Positions 52,906 through 64,000 of a DNA stretch of 64,000 bases are shown piece after piece (the first letter of the stretch is position 1; each line of letters begins with the position of its first letter). The notes beneath the pieces are model-generated. The model made no database searches. It was given only the letters and a program-made list of their open reading frames with translations, and was not told the origin of the DNA. A program made the translations under genes and the position numbers. Source of the DNA: Octopus vulgaris (taxonomy: Eukaryota). Location of the stretch: NCBI GenBank assembly GCA_951406725.2, contig OX597814.1:26598001-26662000 (forward strand). The letters run 5' to 3'.

Positions 52906-53469
52906 CACTTGTTTGCTTGTTATTGCCGATTTATCTGTTAATGCTATTGATGGTGTTGCTACAACAAATAAAAAACATTACAATATCACAGTTGCAACAT
53001 TTTAATAGATTCAGTTTCTTGTTTGTGTTTTCTTTTTTATTTTCATTACCTCACCCAACCCTGCTTCGCCCAATCTCTTTTCTTTTATCTTATTTTATGG
53101 GGTTTTTTTCTCTCTCTCTTACAGCAGCCAATGGGGAAAAAGTCTTGGAGGGAGCATGACTAAGTGCTTAAGTGTGCCTATTTCGTTTTTTATCATTCTT
53201 CAGGGTGAATAAATATACCACTTGATTATCAAAGGGAATTTCTGAGAATCAACCATGAGTTGCTAATCAACTTGAAACATGATTAGCATACTGTTTAGGA
53301 ATAGCTTCAGATGTTTCAACAAGTTTTTAAAAACGTATGCTTAAGGTTAGGGTTAGGAAATGGGTTAAGTTAATGTTTTGGCTGAAATCAATTTTAGAAT
53401 TTAGATATAATTTAAGATTAGTATAGAAGCTTGTGTTTAGGTTACAGTTGTCAGTTCAGGATTTGAGAT

Positions 53470-53635
53470 GGTATAGCTAAGTGGTTAAAAAGTTCAGTTC
53501 CCAGCCATGCTGTTTAGGACTCATTCTTGTATGGCTCTGCAGGCAGGTGCTTCCTACTATAGATAGTCTCAGGCTGACCAAGGCCTTGTGAGTGTTAGAT
53601 GGAAACTGTAGAAAGACTATTGTATTTATATGCGT
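53470..53635 (+). mobile_element. SINE family D, degenerate
   Basis: GTGGTTAAAAAGTT..TTCCCAGCCATG...CTACTATAG..GGCTGACCAAGGCCTTGTGAGTG..GATGGAAACTG. Confidence 0.7.
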
Positions 53636-53985
53636 ATGTGTGTGTCTGTTTCCATATTTGGGTTTGAATTATAGATTAAGGTTAGTTGTTATAGCTTTAG
53701 ATTTTAGTCTGAATTAATATTTTTTCCCTGGTATTTGGATTAATATCGAGTGTTAAGATTACAATTGAGGTTGGTGTTAGTATTAAAGTTTGTGTATGTG
53801 AAAAAGTTGGCTTCATATCAGAGCTAGTTTTGGAATCAAACAGTAGGTTTCCTTGGCCCCATGCCTTTCTGATAGAATATAGGACCTTTGTTTAACTGAA
53901 GAGAAACAAATATATTGGGGAAATATTGTAATAACTGCTACTCAGGGATTTCAACAAATGACGTGCTTGTGTGATATGTTCTGTT

Positions 53986-54740
53986 CATCATCATCACCAT
54001 CATTTAAGAGTCACTTTCTATGCTGGTATAGGACAGATGGCTTGACTGAGAATTGGTAAACTGGGAGGCTGCACCAGGCCCCAATTTGATTTGGCATGGT
54101 TTCTACAGTTGGATGTCCTTCCTAATGCCAACCTCTCCAAGAGTGTGATGGGTACTTTTTACATTCCAGTCAGGTGACACTGGCATCGGTCATGCTTGAA
54201 TGGTGCTTTTTACATGCCACTGTTATGGCTGCCAGTCAGGTGGCACTAGCATCAGCCACACTTGAATGGTGTTTTTTTACATGTCAGTCATGTGGCACTA
54301 GCATCAGCCATACTCAAATGGTACTTTTTATATGACACCAGCACTGGCATTGGCATCGATTTTACTAGGTTCAACAGGTCTTCTCAAGCACAGCATATCG
54401 CTCAATGAGTGGAGGGTGCTTTTAAATGGGCCAGCTATGCAATACTGGCATTAGCCACGACTATGATCTCACTTGGCTTGCTGGGTCTTCTCAAGCACAG
54501 CATATCTCCAAAGGTCTCAGTTGCTTGTTATTGTCTCTGTGAGGCCCAGCTTTCAAAGGTCGTGCTTAATCACCTCATCCTACTTCTTCACATGCCTGTC
54601 CTCATATATGCATCACATAACCATACCAGCACAGTTGTCTCTCTTGCACACCATATCTGATGCTTCTTCTGTCCAACTTTTCTCTCAGGAAGCTTGTACT
54701 CTGTTGTGCATGCACACTGACATTATGCACCCCGCGAGAG
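53986..54740 (-). mobile_element. 5'-truncated RTE LINE: ORF end plus family B 3' UTR with internal ~60-bp tandem units
   Basis: 54560-54730 minus translates as HNVSVHAQQSTSFLREKLDRRSIRYGVQERQLCWYGYVMH and runs into the family B tail. CAGTCA.GTG.CACT.GCATC.G.CA...AATGGT..TTTT occurs three times at 54165-54335. Confidence 0.88.
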
Positions 54741-55643
54741 TAAATAATGTGTGTGTGTGTGTGTGTGTGAAATGTACTTCTATGTAGGAATGTGTTAAGC
54801 TTTTTTATATGTGATGTATGATCTTGTGATATAGTGTTTTATGTTTACATGCATGTGAGAAAGATGTTGCCTGTGTAAGCAGTGTGACAGAATTCTTACC
54901 AGTTCTATCTGTGCTGGTGCATAGAATATAATTTTTGGCATGATGATGGTGGATGCTTTAGTGTGTGCCATTTATATTTTCGTGTGTATTGAGTGTGTAT
55001 GTCTGTGCAAATGTTTTGGTATGCATGGTGTATGATCAAATAAGTGAGACACAAGATCAAATGCAATGTGTTCAGGAATGTCATTTGTGCCTGCTCTAGT
55101 ATGTGTAGTATAAATGCTGAGTGGTGTGTGTGTGTGGTGTTTATAGTCTGGTATGTGTGGTATGTTCTGACATGGAAAATCCCCTTCCATGCCACACACA
55201 ACATTTGTTCAAAGTTGCATGGATTAATATCAGATGCAGCTGCTCTTCTTTTCCGAAGTAGACACACCCTGCAGAAATGATGAGACACTATAGTACTATT
55301 AGTTGTAACAAACTTTAAGAATTATACACTCTGTTGTTAAGCAGCCAGTTTTTGTTTGTTTCTTTTTCTTTTTTTTTTGCTTTTATTTTCCAAAATCGGA
55401 AAAAGATTTTATTATTTAGTATCACCATGAACTAGAAAATTTCAGATTCTTAAGTCACATTCCTCTTTGAATTGAAGAATCACTGGTCAGGAAAAGTCAT
55501 TGCTATTTATCTATAAGGAAAAAGAAATAGGACAAAGATATAGGTAAATAAATAAACAGCGTAAATTTTGAGTTGGTATTGAACAGTTAAATAGCTAAAT
55601 GTTTATATACGTGAATACACACACACATACGAATGTGTGCGTA

Positions 55644-55690
<47 letters not shown>

Positions 55691-56125
55691 CATAAGGCCT
55701 GAAATTATCTAAACAGCTTATATTTCATGAAATCCTGGTCAGTTCATATCTATTGAATGTTCTGCCTGGAGGCCTGCTATTTTTCTTTGTTCTTTTTCTT
55801 TTAAATGTACATATTTCCTGCAAAGAATCTTTTATTTTCCTAAGTAATTTCAGAGCTTAATACTTATAAAGAATTTATCTTTATCAGCATAAACTCAACT
55901 ATGCATGCATGAATGTATGTCATTGTTCAGTTTTATTTTAAGATATCTTGCCAATAGAGAAAGAGCTCGTTTCTAACCTAGATCCAAGGCTCCTTCATTG
56001 CAATTTCAACATCAACAACAGGGTATTTTTGTTTGCTTGTTTGTTTGTATGTATGTATGTGTGCAGATTTGTATGTTTTGTTTTATGTATGTATTCTCAT
56101 GCATATAGTTGCATATCTAGACATA

Positions 56126-56160
<35 letters not shown>

Positions 56161-56161
<1 letters not shown>

Positions 56162-56521
56162 TCGTAAGCTCGACGCTCTAACCACTGAGCCATGCGCCTC
56201 ACTCAATCGTGAGGTTGTGAGCTCGAATCCCGGACCGGGCTGCGTATTGTGTTCTTGAGCAAGGCACTTTATTTTCACGTTGCTCCAGTTCACTCAGCTG
56301 TAGAAATGAGTTGCGACGTCACAGGTGCCAATCTGTATCGGCCCCTTTGCCTTTCCCTTGGATAACACTGGTGGCGTGGAGAGGGGAGGCTGGTATGCAT
56401 GAGCGACTGCTGGTCTTCCATGAACAACCTTGCCCGGACTTGTGTCTAGGAGGGTAACTTTCTAGGTGCAATCCCATGGTCATTCATGACCGAAGGGGGT
56501 CTTTACCCTTTTACCCTTTTT
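56161..56521 (+). mobile_element. Young tRNA-derived SINE, family C, with an inverted 5' head
   Basis: CpG-rich. 56161-56205 reads on the minus strand AGGCGCATGGCTCAGTGGTTAGAGCGTCGAGCTTACGAT (box A). From 56206 the + strand carries ATCGTGAGGTTGTGAGCTCGAATCCCGG (box B), the body and a TTTACCCT tail. TATATGCAT is at both ends. Confidence 0.9.
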
Positions 56522-56581
56522 TATATGCATATATGTATGTATATATGTATGTAAGTTTGTATGTATGTAGATATGTATTTA

Positions 56582-57834
56582 CAGGGGTTGGACAAAATAA
56601 TGGAAACACCTAAAAATTTCAAGCAAATTTATTTTGATATGGAGTAGGACTGCTTTTGGCAGTAATTACAACTTGAATCTACGAGGTATGGACTCGTACA
56701 AAGTTTGAATTGTTTCCAAAGGAATTTTTGTCTATTTTTCAGCCAAACCAGTCTCCAGTTCTTGTAGTGGTGATGGTGGGCTATATTGACTCCTTACTTG
56801 TTTTTCTAAAATGCACCATAACTGTTCAATAATATTGAGATCTTGGGACTGTGGTGGCCAGATAAGAAGTTCAACTTCACTAGAATGTTCCTCGTACCAT
56901 TCAGTAACAACTTTAGCTGTGTGAATTGGTGCATCATCATCCTAAAAGATTGCATACCCCTCTAGAAACAGTTCTACAACCATAGAATGAAGTTGATCAG
57001 ATAAAATGCTTAAATAGTCTTGACTATTAATCCTGCCATTGGGCCAGCAAATTTCCAAGATATACCCCCCCCCTGCCAGATCATCACAGATCCTCTTCCA
57101 TGTTTAATATTTGGAAGAAAGTAATCTGAGTCAAATGCTTCTTTTTGCTGTCTCCAAACATATACTTGGCCAGTGGTAAAAAATAAGGCAAAAGATGATT
57201 TGTCTGAGAAAATAACATTCTTCCACTGCTTTAGAAACCAATTCGGTAGGTTTTTACTCCACTCTAAATGCTTTGCAACATTTGTTTTTGAATGTAGTGG
57301 TTTTCTGATTGCAGCCCCCCATGAAATCTGGTTTTGTGCAGCTCCTGGTGAAGAGCTTTTGTGGAAACTGGGTTCTCGAGGTGGTCGTTAAACTCTGCAG
57401 TAATTTTAGGAGCTGTACTTTTGTGATCCTTGCTAACAATTCATCTAAAAGTTTGATGGTCCCTATCTGAAAGTTTTGGTTTTCTTCCAGAGATTTGTTT
57501 TCATGAGGAGGTTTTTCCCGCTTTCTCAAAGGCTGTCATTACTTTTGAGACAGTACTTCTTGATATACCAAACATTTTGGCTGTTTTCGTTACTCTAGCA
57601 CCTGCAATATGAGCACAAACAATTTGACCTCTTTGAAAATCCGATAGATCTGGCAATTTAATGATTTATAATTACCTTTTTCTGATGATATCGGAAAGAA
57701 ACAGCAGTTTTAGTAAAACATATTAAGCAACATTAATAATAAATCAAAAAACATAAAAATAAACAAGCTTTTGGCGATTTTCAAAATTATGATGCTATGA
57801 TACTAGGTGTTTCCATTATTTTGTCCAACTCCTG
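56582..57834 (-). mobile_element. Full-length defective Tc1-type DNA transposon (1253 bp, D36E spacing)
   Basis: 31-bp terminal inverted repeats CAGG(G/A)GTTGGACAAAATAATGGAAACACCTA (1 mismatch), TA on both sides, and a transposase pseudogene inside. Confidence 0.96.
56640..57656 (-). pseudogene. Tc1-like transposase pseudogene
   Basis: DLSDFQRGQIV..AGARVTKTAKMFGISRSTVSKV (HTH), SGRKPKL, WKNVIFSDKSSF, KHGRGSVMIW, IF*DDDAPIHTA, WPPQSQDLNIIEQLW. Start codon reads TTG; several stops and frameshifts. Confidence 0.93.
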
Positions 57835-58456
57835 TATGTATGTGTATGTATACACACTCATATGCATGCATATATTTATATGTATATGCATGTGTGTGTG
57901 GGGTGGTGTTGTGTGTGTGTGTTTGTATGAGTAGTTTCTCATGTGATCAGTTAAAGAATGTCTCCTGAGAATGAAAATTGTTGCAGTTTATGATTTGGCC
58001 ACCTTTCAAGAATCCTTTGACATTAAGGCACCACATCATTGGTGCCATTTTTATTGTGATAAGTATAAAGAGACAGCAAAATAGATATGATGACCAAATA
58101 AATATTCCCAATAACCTCCGCTTTTTTCACCTCGCTAATTCTTTTGGGAAAGACATATATTGTTTGTATTTTTATCATTATAATTATTTAAATTATTATT
58201 ATCATTATTGTCCAGTAGTCTTATTTTGGGCTGTTGCCGCACTAAAAAGTGCAGCGCTGTGAACTATGGTTTGATGTACTACTTTACTTTTGTCTTGTAA
58301 TGTATCTTGTATTGTATCTAGTTTATCTAGATATATTTTGCATTCAAGACTTACTGAAGTCAGTTTTGCTTTCCATCCTTTCAGGATTGATAAAATTACA
58401 TGCCAGTTAAAATACTGTATTTACTCTAACTGATTATTTGAATGGATTTCTACTTA

Positions 58457-58850
58457 TCATCATCATAATCATCATCATCATCATTTAGCATCCATTTTTC
58501 ATACTGGCATAGGTTAGATGGTTTGACTGGAACTGGTAAGCTGGAGAGCTGCACCAGGCTCTAGTTTGTTTTGGCTTGGTTTCTATAGCTGGATGGCCTT
58601 CCTGATGCCAATCACTCCATAGAGTGTACCAAGTGTCTTTTATGCATCACTGGCATGGATGCATTTTACATATGATCAGCACAAATACTCTTTATAAGTC
58701 AACAGCTTCACCAACACAGCTGACATTTATGTGTCACTGGCACATGTCTTCAGCACCAGCTACAAGCTTGACATGTCTTCTCAAGCACAGCAAATCACCA
58801 AAAGTCTCAGTCATTTGTTGTCGCCACCATGAGATTCAACATCCAGCGAT
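58457..58850 (-). mobile_element. Family B repeat (extended)
   Basis: Collinear with 50057-50435 and 53986-54540. Confidence 0.85.
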
Positions 58851-58999
58851 CTACTAGTCTCAATAATGAGTGTTCCAGTTCCCACTCAATAAATTAGCCT
58901 ATATAAGAGGTTGAATATTCTACAGAGACATATCACTTAGCACAATTTTCAGGCAAGCCAAGTGTACCTGCAGGTGTCAAGACTGGCTCTTTTAATTAT

Positions 59000-59145
59000 C
59001 CATACAATCCATCCAACAATCATCCAAACAGCTTGGGTGACCTGAAGGTATGATAAAAGTTACTTGTCCAAGGTGCTGCACAGGGGGATCAAACCTGAGA
59101 TTTTGTGATTGCAAAGCAAACTTTTTAACTATACAGCTATGTCTG
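59000..59145 (-). mobile_element. tRNA-derived SINE fragment (family D-like head)
   Basis: ACTTGTCCAAGGTGCTGCACAG.GGGATC.AACC...GCAAAGCAAACTTTTTAAC.A.ACAGC is the reverse complement of the family D head. Confidence 0.65.
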
Positions 59146-59583
59146 TGACCAGTCATGTACACTGAACCTCAAATTTTTTTGTCTTTGCTTCTTACAAAAA
59201 TCATCATTATTATAGGCTTCTCAAGTTACATATATCTGTGTGTATGTATGTATGTGTGAATGAGAGAGAGTGTGTATGTTTGCTGATTTTTTTACATACA
59301 TTTTTTTCCATGTTAGACAAATGTGGTTTTGAGACATTGTTTCACAGCTGCATGCACTTTTTGTCCCTAAACTTTACCTGTCTTTTAAGTATTGAATCTC
59401 TTATTTTAAAGGTAGGTCTTTGAAGGCACAAAGCCAACAAATGATATTTTAAGAGAAATGATAACAGTGTTACTGCCTCTAGCTCATGATAGGTGGGGAA
59501 TACGTAAATAAAAATACCGACACACTCAAATACATACATTGTATATGTATACAATAGACTTTTTTTAGTTTCCATTTCTATAA

Positions 59584-59611
59584 ACACACACACACACACA
59601 TATATATGAGC

Positions 59612-59642
<31 letters not shown>

Positions 59643-59773
59643 TGTATGTATGTATGTATGTATGTATGGATGGATGGATGGATGGATGGATGGATGGATG
59701 GATGGATGGAGGGAGGGAGGGAGGGAGGGAGATGGATGGAGAGAGAGAGAGATAGATAGATAGATAGATAGAT
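59584..59773. repeat. Compound microsatellite (CA)(TA)(TATG)(GATG)(GAGG)(GA)(GATA)
   Basis: Seen directly. Confidence 0.96.
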
Positions 59774-60289
59774 GTTTGTAGGCTAATAGACAAAAGTTAA
59801 TCATCAATCAAGAAATCTTATCCTAATTATCATCCCATAACTTATTAAGTAGTCTATTGATCTCCTATAGGATGTTTTGTAGTAATTTTGTAACAATTAA
59901 GAATGCTGCTCAGGAAAATTATCAATAGGAAACAAACTAGGAAGACATGACAGACATAGTAATGCCGTAATCTTGCAACTAATAGATGCCTCTACCATTA
60001 CTGAAATAAGAAATTCTGTAAGAATTACTGTTTTCCCCAGTTTCAGTCACTGAAGTAGAAATCTTATTGATGAGCTAGGGGAAACATAATTTAACATTCA
60101 AATTGGAATGAATTTTCCCACAATGATTTTGTTATGAAATTATGGGATGTAACAAGTTTATCGTTGAAAAGTTAGTAGTTAACTATTGGCATTATAATCG
60201 TTGTTGACATCAACATCAGCATCATCTTCATCACAACCATCACTACCACAACTTTCACTATCATCTTCATTATTATTCTTACACTGCAA

Positions 60290-60680
60290 AGGGTCACAGA
60301 AAAAGACAAAATGTTTATAGTCTGGGACAAGCCAATCCATATTAACAGGGGAACTAAGGCATATCTACCCAATGTTATTGTTAAATTCCATCAGGAAAAG
60401 AAATTTCTCTTAATTGATGAACAAATTCCAATAAACAACAATATATATTTAAAAGAAATGGAGAAAAGATATCCAAATATAAAGATCTACAAATAGAGAT
60501 AAATAGAACATGTGGGAATTTGCAACAGAAACAATACTACTGATGATGATGATGATGATGATTGCTTTAGGAATGATAAAAAAACACTGTAAACAAATAC
60601 ATAACCAAAACTCCAGTACTTACACAGAAAATCAGAAAATAGCACTACTAGGCAGTGTGAGTATTTTCAATACAATAGAT
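60290..60680 (+). mobile_element. Restriction-like endonuclease remnant of an R4/Dong-type non-LTR element
   Basis: ORF 60311-60496 (IVWDKPIHINRGTKAYLPNVIVKFHQEKKFLLIDEQIPINNNIYLKEMEK) and ORF 60510-60749 (ALGMIKK...QKIALLGS) match the WD..I.TD..I.ANRPDIV...IDV.IP...KE.EK / GALG / QK.ALLGT pattern. Confidence 0.85.
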
Positions 60681-62080
60681 AAACACATAGACGAAACAAA
60701 ACACTGCACATACCCAAGGCACACAGAGCTGCATTCGATTGTGCAGTGAAAGCATGCAATATAAATAAGACAAGTGGAATAATAATGATAATAATAATAA
60801 TGATAATAATAATAATAATAATAATAAATAATCATAGTAACAATAATAATAAGTAATTATCTGTTAGCAGAGTTAAAATAACACTATATATAAATAAAAA
60901 TTGAAACAAAAAATATGGAAACTTGTTTCCTACCTAATGATTCCATTAAGAATTCCAATAGAAAGGCCTGTAGTCTTGGTACATGTATGTTTATAGATGT
61001 ATTGCATTCTTAGTGCAAACCAATAACTAAAAAACATAAATGAAACATTTTTTTCTTTGCTTGCTAAAAGATTTGGCATAGAATCCAGGAGGAGAATTCT
61101 AAATCAATAAGAAGCTAAATTTCCAGCTGAAAGTTTTTTGTTCAAATTCTGATGCAGGCACTGTACTGTATCTGTGAGTGAAGTACTTAGCTCTAAGCAG
61201 CCAGTATAGCCATCCTTCATTCATGAGTGAGTATGATTCAGTAACATGTATCATACTTTCACCAATTGTTTTTAGATACCTATACAGTCACAAGATGACA
61301 TAAACCTCCTCAAAACCCACACACTTTTGGCCCAGTAGGATATTCAGAATGTGACAGCTGCAGATAGAGAGAGCTGCTCCTGCAACTAGCTAATTCTCAT
61401 TTCAGCTAAGCAGAGTGGAACAACATGAAAGGAAGTGCCAGAAACTTGTCTCACAATCTTATGATTATAAGCAAAACATACTAGTCTCTAGGCTATGCAC
61501 CTTTATATCTAGCAATTCAACACACACTATGCACCATGGGGAAACTATTTGAAGCCATTGCAACTGTTTAAAAGCATATTCTATTAACCTGCACACAGAG
61601 CTGTGTCTCTCCACTAACGATTCCAGAATGGGAAGGAGTGAGTTTGCTGGGCTGACTTGTCCTAGACACATATGAAGATGAAATTTTTATGGAACCTCTG
61701 TAAACAAATGACTATTAGAACTTACTACCAAAAGCAAAACTCTTTATCTAACTATTCATGTATAGATATCCAAACTCTACAAACTCTGTTCTATATTACT
61801 TCAAATGCAAACTAAAAAAGATGCTTAAAAATGTATAGAAAATGTGATATGTATGTGTACAAAACGAATCATATGTTTTTGATATTTTATGCTAAAGTTA
61901 CAACTAAATGTTTTAGTACCAAATTTACTTAGTAATTTACTTCTAATTTGTGATCAAATCTATGTTAGGTAACCAAATTATAAAATACTGCCTAAAGCTG
62001 AAAGGACATTTTATGCTCTTCTTTTATTTTTAGTAGTATTTCAACAGTATTCTTCAAACAAATATGACCAAATATACGAG

Positions 62081-62234
62081 GTGAATTCTCAGATGTAAAC
62101 TAGTTTTAAACTTATTCTATGAAGACTAAATAAATATAAAAGAAACTTTAAACAAAGTGTGAATTATCAGATGTTAACAGGTTTGAGTTTGTCCCATGAA
62201 GACTAAATAAAAATAAATAAAACCTTAAACAAGA
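62081..62234 (+). repeat. Diverged tandem duplication, 2 x ~78 bp
   Basis: GTGAATT.TCAGATGT.AAC.....ATGAAGACTAAATAAA...AAAC.TTAAACAA at 62081 and 62159. Confidence 0.85.
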
Positions 62235-62344
62235 ATATTAAGACAAAGTAAATATAAACAAAATCTTTAAATAAAGGCAAACTAATGCCATGTTTAACAG
62301 ATATTGATTATATTAATTGCTTTTACTAGCAACACAGAGCATTA

Positions 62345-62540
62345 TAAGAAGAAAAGAGAATAGTATTGATTAGTTCAACTTCAGCATATATTGGCACTTA
62401 TTTTTATTAACACCAATGGGAGGATTGGAAAATTTGACTCCCAACGGGATTTGAACGCAGTAACTGAGTCAACATACTAGATACTAATAACATATACAAA
62501 GGCCTACTCTCAACCATCTGTGCCAATTCCATTGGTCTCC
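62345..62540 (-). mobile_element. Old SINE family A copy
   Basis: TGGCACTTATTTT...GGAT.G.AA...TTGAC...GGATTTGAAC.CAG motifs in order. Confidence 0.55.
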
Positions 62541-62569
62541 TATTAATCATAACAGTGAAGAAACTGTTT

Positions 62570-63500
62570 ACAAGTTATCAGTCAGTACATTCCCTTCCTA
62601 ACTGTTGTAAACCTGAACTATTGATTCAATAACATGTTTCCCAATGCCAAAGTATGTATCTGTTGCATTTCCCAGTGCACCATCACAGGAATCTAATTCA
62701 ATAAACATCCCAAAGTTATTAATGTTGCCGCCTACTAACTCAATTAGTTTCTGAAATGAAAGAACTTACTTTTGTACAAAATTCTTCTGTATACTTGTTT
62801 GACCTGTCAATGAGAATATTAAAACGATCTTCTCCTTTACTCCCAATCATGCAACTTGCTGCTTCTATGATACTTCTGATAATGGCAAAGACATAGCTTT
62901 CTGTTCTTTAGTTCAATTACGCTTAATGAAGAAAAGTAAACTCATGCAGAGAAATCATTTTCTACTTAATAAGATATGTTTTTTGTGTCAAACTTCTCAT
63001 TGCTGAACCACATCATTGCTTAAGTAAACATTGGCAAACTTCTCTTCACATCTGATAAGCTGCCATGGTAGTCAACCTCCTCCACCTCTGAGTTTTCTTC
63101 CTCTTTGTTTGTTTCTGTCTCTCTTTTTTCCTCTATGTACTTATCTTTCTGCCAGCTTAATCTTATCAGAAGTTTTCTGGATATTTTATATAGTACAAAG
63201 CTTCTACAGAACAAGTAATTAATCGTATTTTCTTTTGTAGTCAAGTATGGACCTTTATAGTTATCTAAAACAAGTTGTGCATATTTCATTTTTGCATTGC
63301 ATTTTGAATTATATTTTATGAAAACATTGATTCAAAAACTTTAAACGATATCAGATATAATCCTTAATGCTAAACAATTTTTTTTTTTTGGTTCTGAAAT
63401 GATTTCTCTTGTAGTTCCAAGACTTAATGTGTTATATTGTCAGTGTTATACAACCCATCTTGTAGGCAAAGTTGTAGGTTTTTGTCTTCATATATTGAGT
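62570..63500 (-). mobile_element. Highly decayed hAT (Buster/Charlie-like) transposase remnant
   Basis: In order on the minus strand: EEKFANVYLSNDVVQQ (cf. IPLSN.TV.RR), ISLHEFT (cf. FSLQLDEST), SKGEDRFNILID (cf. TTGEDIF), SCDGA (cf. TDGA). Termini not found. Confidence 0.5.
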
Positions 63501-64000
63501 GAGATAAGAGTAAGGATACACATTTATCAACTTCACTAGTCAGTTGGAAGAATTAAGCTCTGCAATGCAATTATGCAATCCACCTGATAAAAACAATCTC
63601 TTCTATAAAATTTTTGTTAATATAACGTTCACTGGTGATATGGTTAATAGGAAGTCTTTCTTTGTATATTTTCTTCTATAGTATTTAGTTTATTGATACA
63701 GTTATGTTCAAACATTACTCAGGGCCAACATTATCATTCTTCCTACAGGTGAATTAGCTTCAATAGAAAAATACTGAATATATTGCAAATTTTAAAAAGT
63801 AGAATAAGAGTAATACTAAATCATGAAATGCCTAACAACATTTAGAGTGTTATTCTGGATTTTGAGTTCAAACCCTACCAAGTGACAACTTTATCTTTTG
63901 TTATACTGTGTCCAATAAAATAATGCCAGAGATGCTACTAGATGTATATTCAACTGACAAAAGTTGTCCCTCCATAAAAATATATAACCTTCCCAGTATA

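Noticed and set aside
53341-53790. TTAGGG-like telomeric motifs
   Set aside because: Only about two near-perfect units followed by highly degenerate GTTAG-rich sequence; too weak to call an interstitial telomere.
56161-56235. tRNA-like boxes A and B
   Set aside because: SINE head with no acceptor stem or full cloverleaf, and split by an inversion; not a tRNA gene.
63020-63289. 89-aa ORF with an acidic tail
   Set aside because: Lies within the decayed hAT remnant; the E/K-rich part comes from a purine-rich low-complexity stretch.

Overview
AT-rich eukaryotic DNA with dense (TA)n, (CA)n, (AAT)n and tetranucleotide microsatellites. There is no prokaryotic gene layout and no CRISPR array. The interspersed repeats look like families I recognise from coleoid cephalopod (Octopus) genomes; this is an inference from memory, not a database result. 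I cannot confidently identify any host protein-coding gene, and nearly all ORFs in the track are translated microsatellites. The window reads as a large intron or intergenic stretch filled with repeats. These include several tRNA-derived SINE families, RTE-type LINE 3' ends, and remnants of restriction-like-endonuclease (R4/Dong-type) and CR1/Jockey-like LINEs. It also holds Penelope-like remnants, a full-length but dead Tc1-type transposon with a D36E catalytic spacing (plus a 5' fragment of it), a Tc1/mariner-type MITE and a decayed hAT transposase. Signals most worth checking: a candidate recursive splice site and 3-nt microexon on the + strand near 21.5-21.9 kb; a strong 36/40-nt exon candidate on the - strand at 19.3 kb; hammerhead-ribozyme-like cores in small repeats; a SINE whose tRNA head is inverted at an internal palindrome; and close inverted repeat pairs that could form dsRNA. 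I found no evidence strong enough to claim a new biological system.
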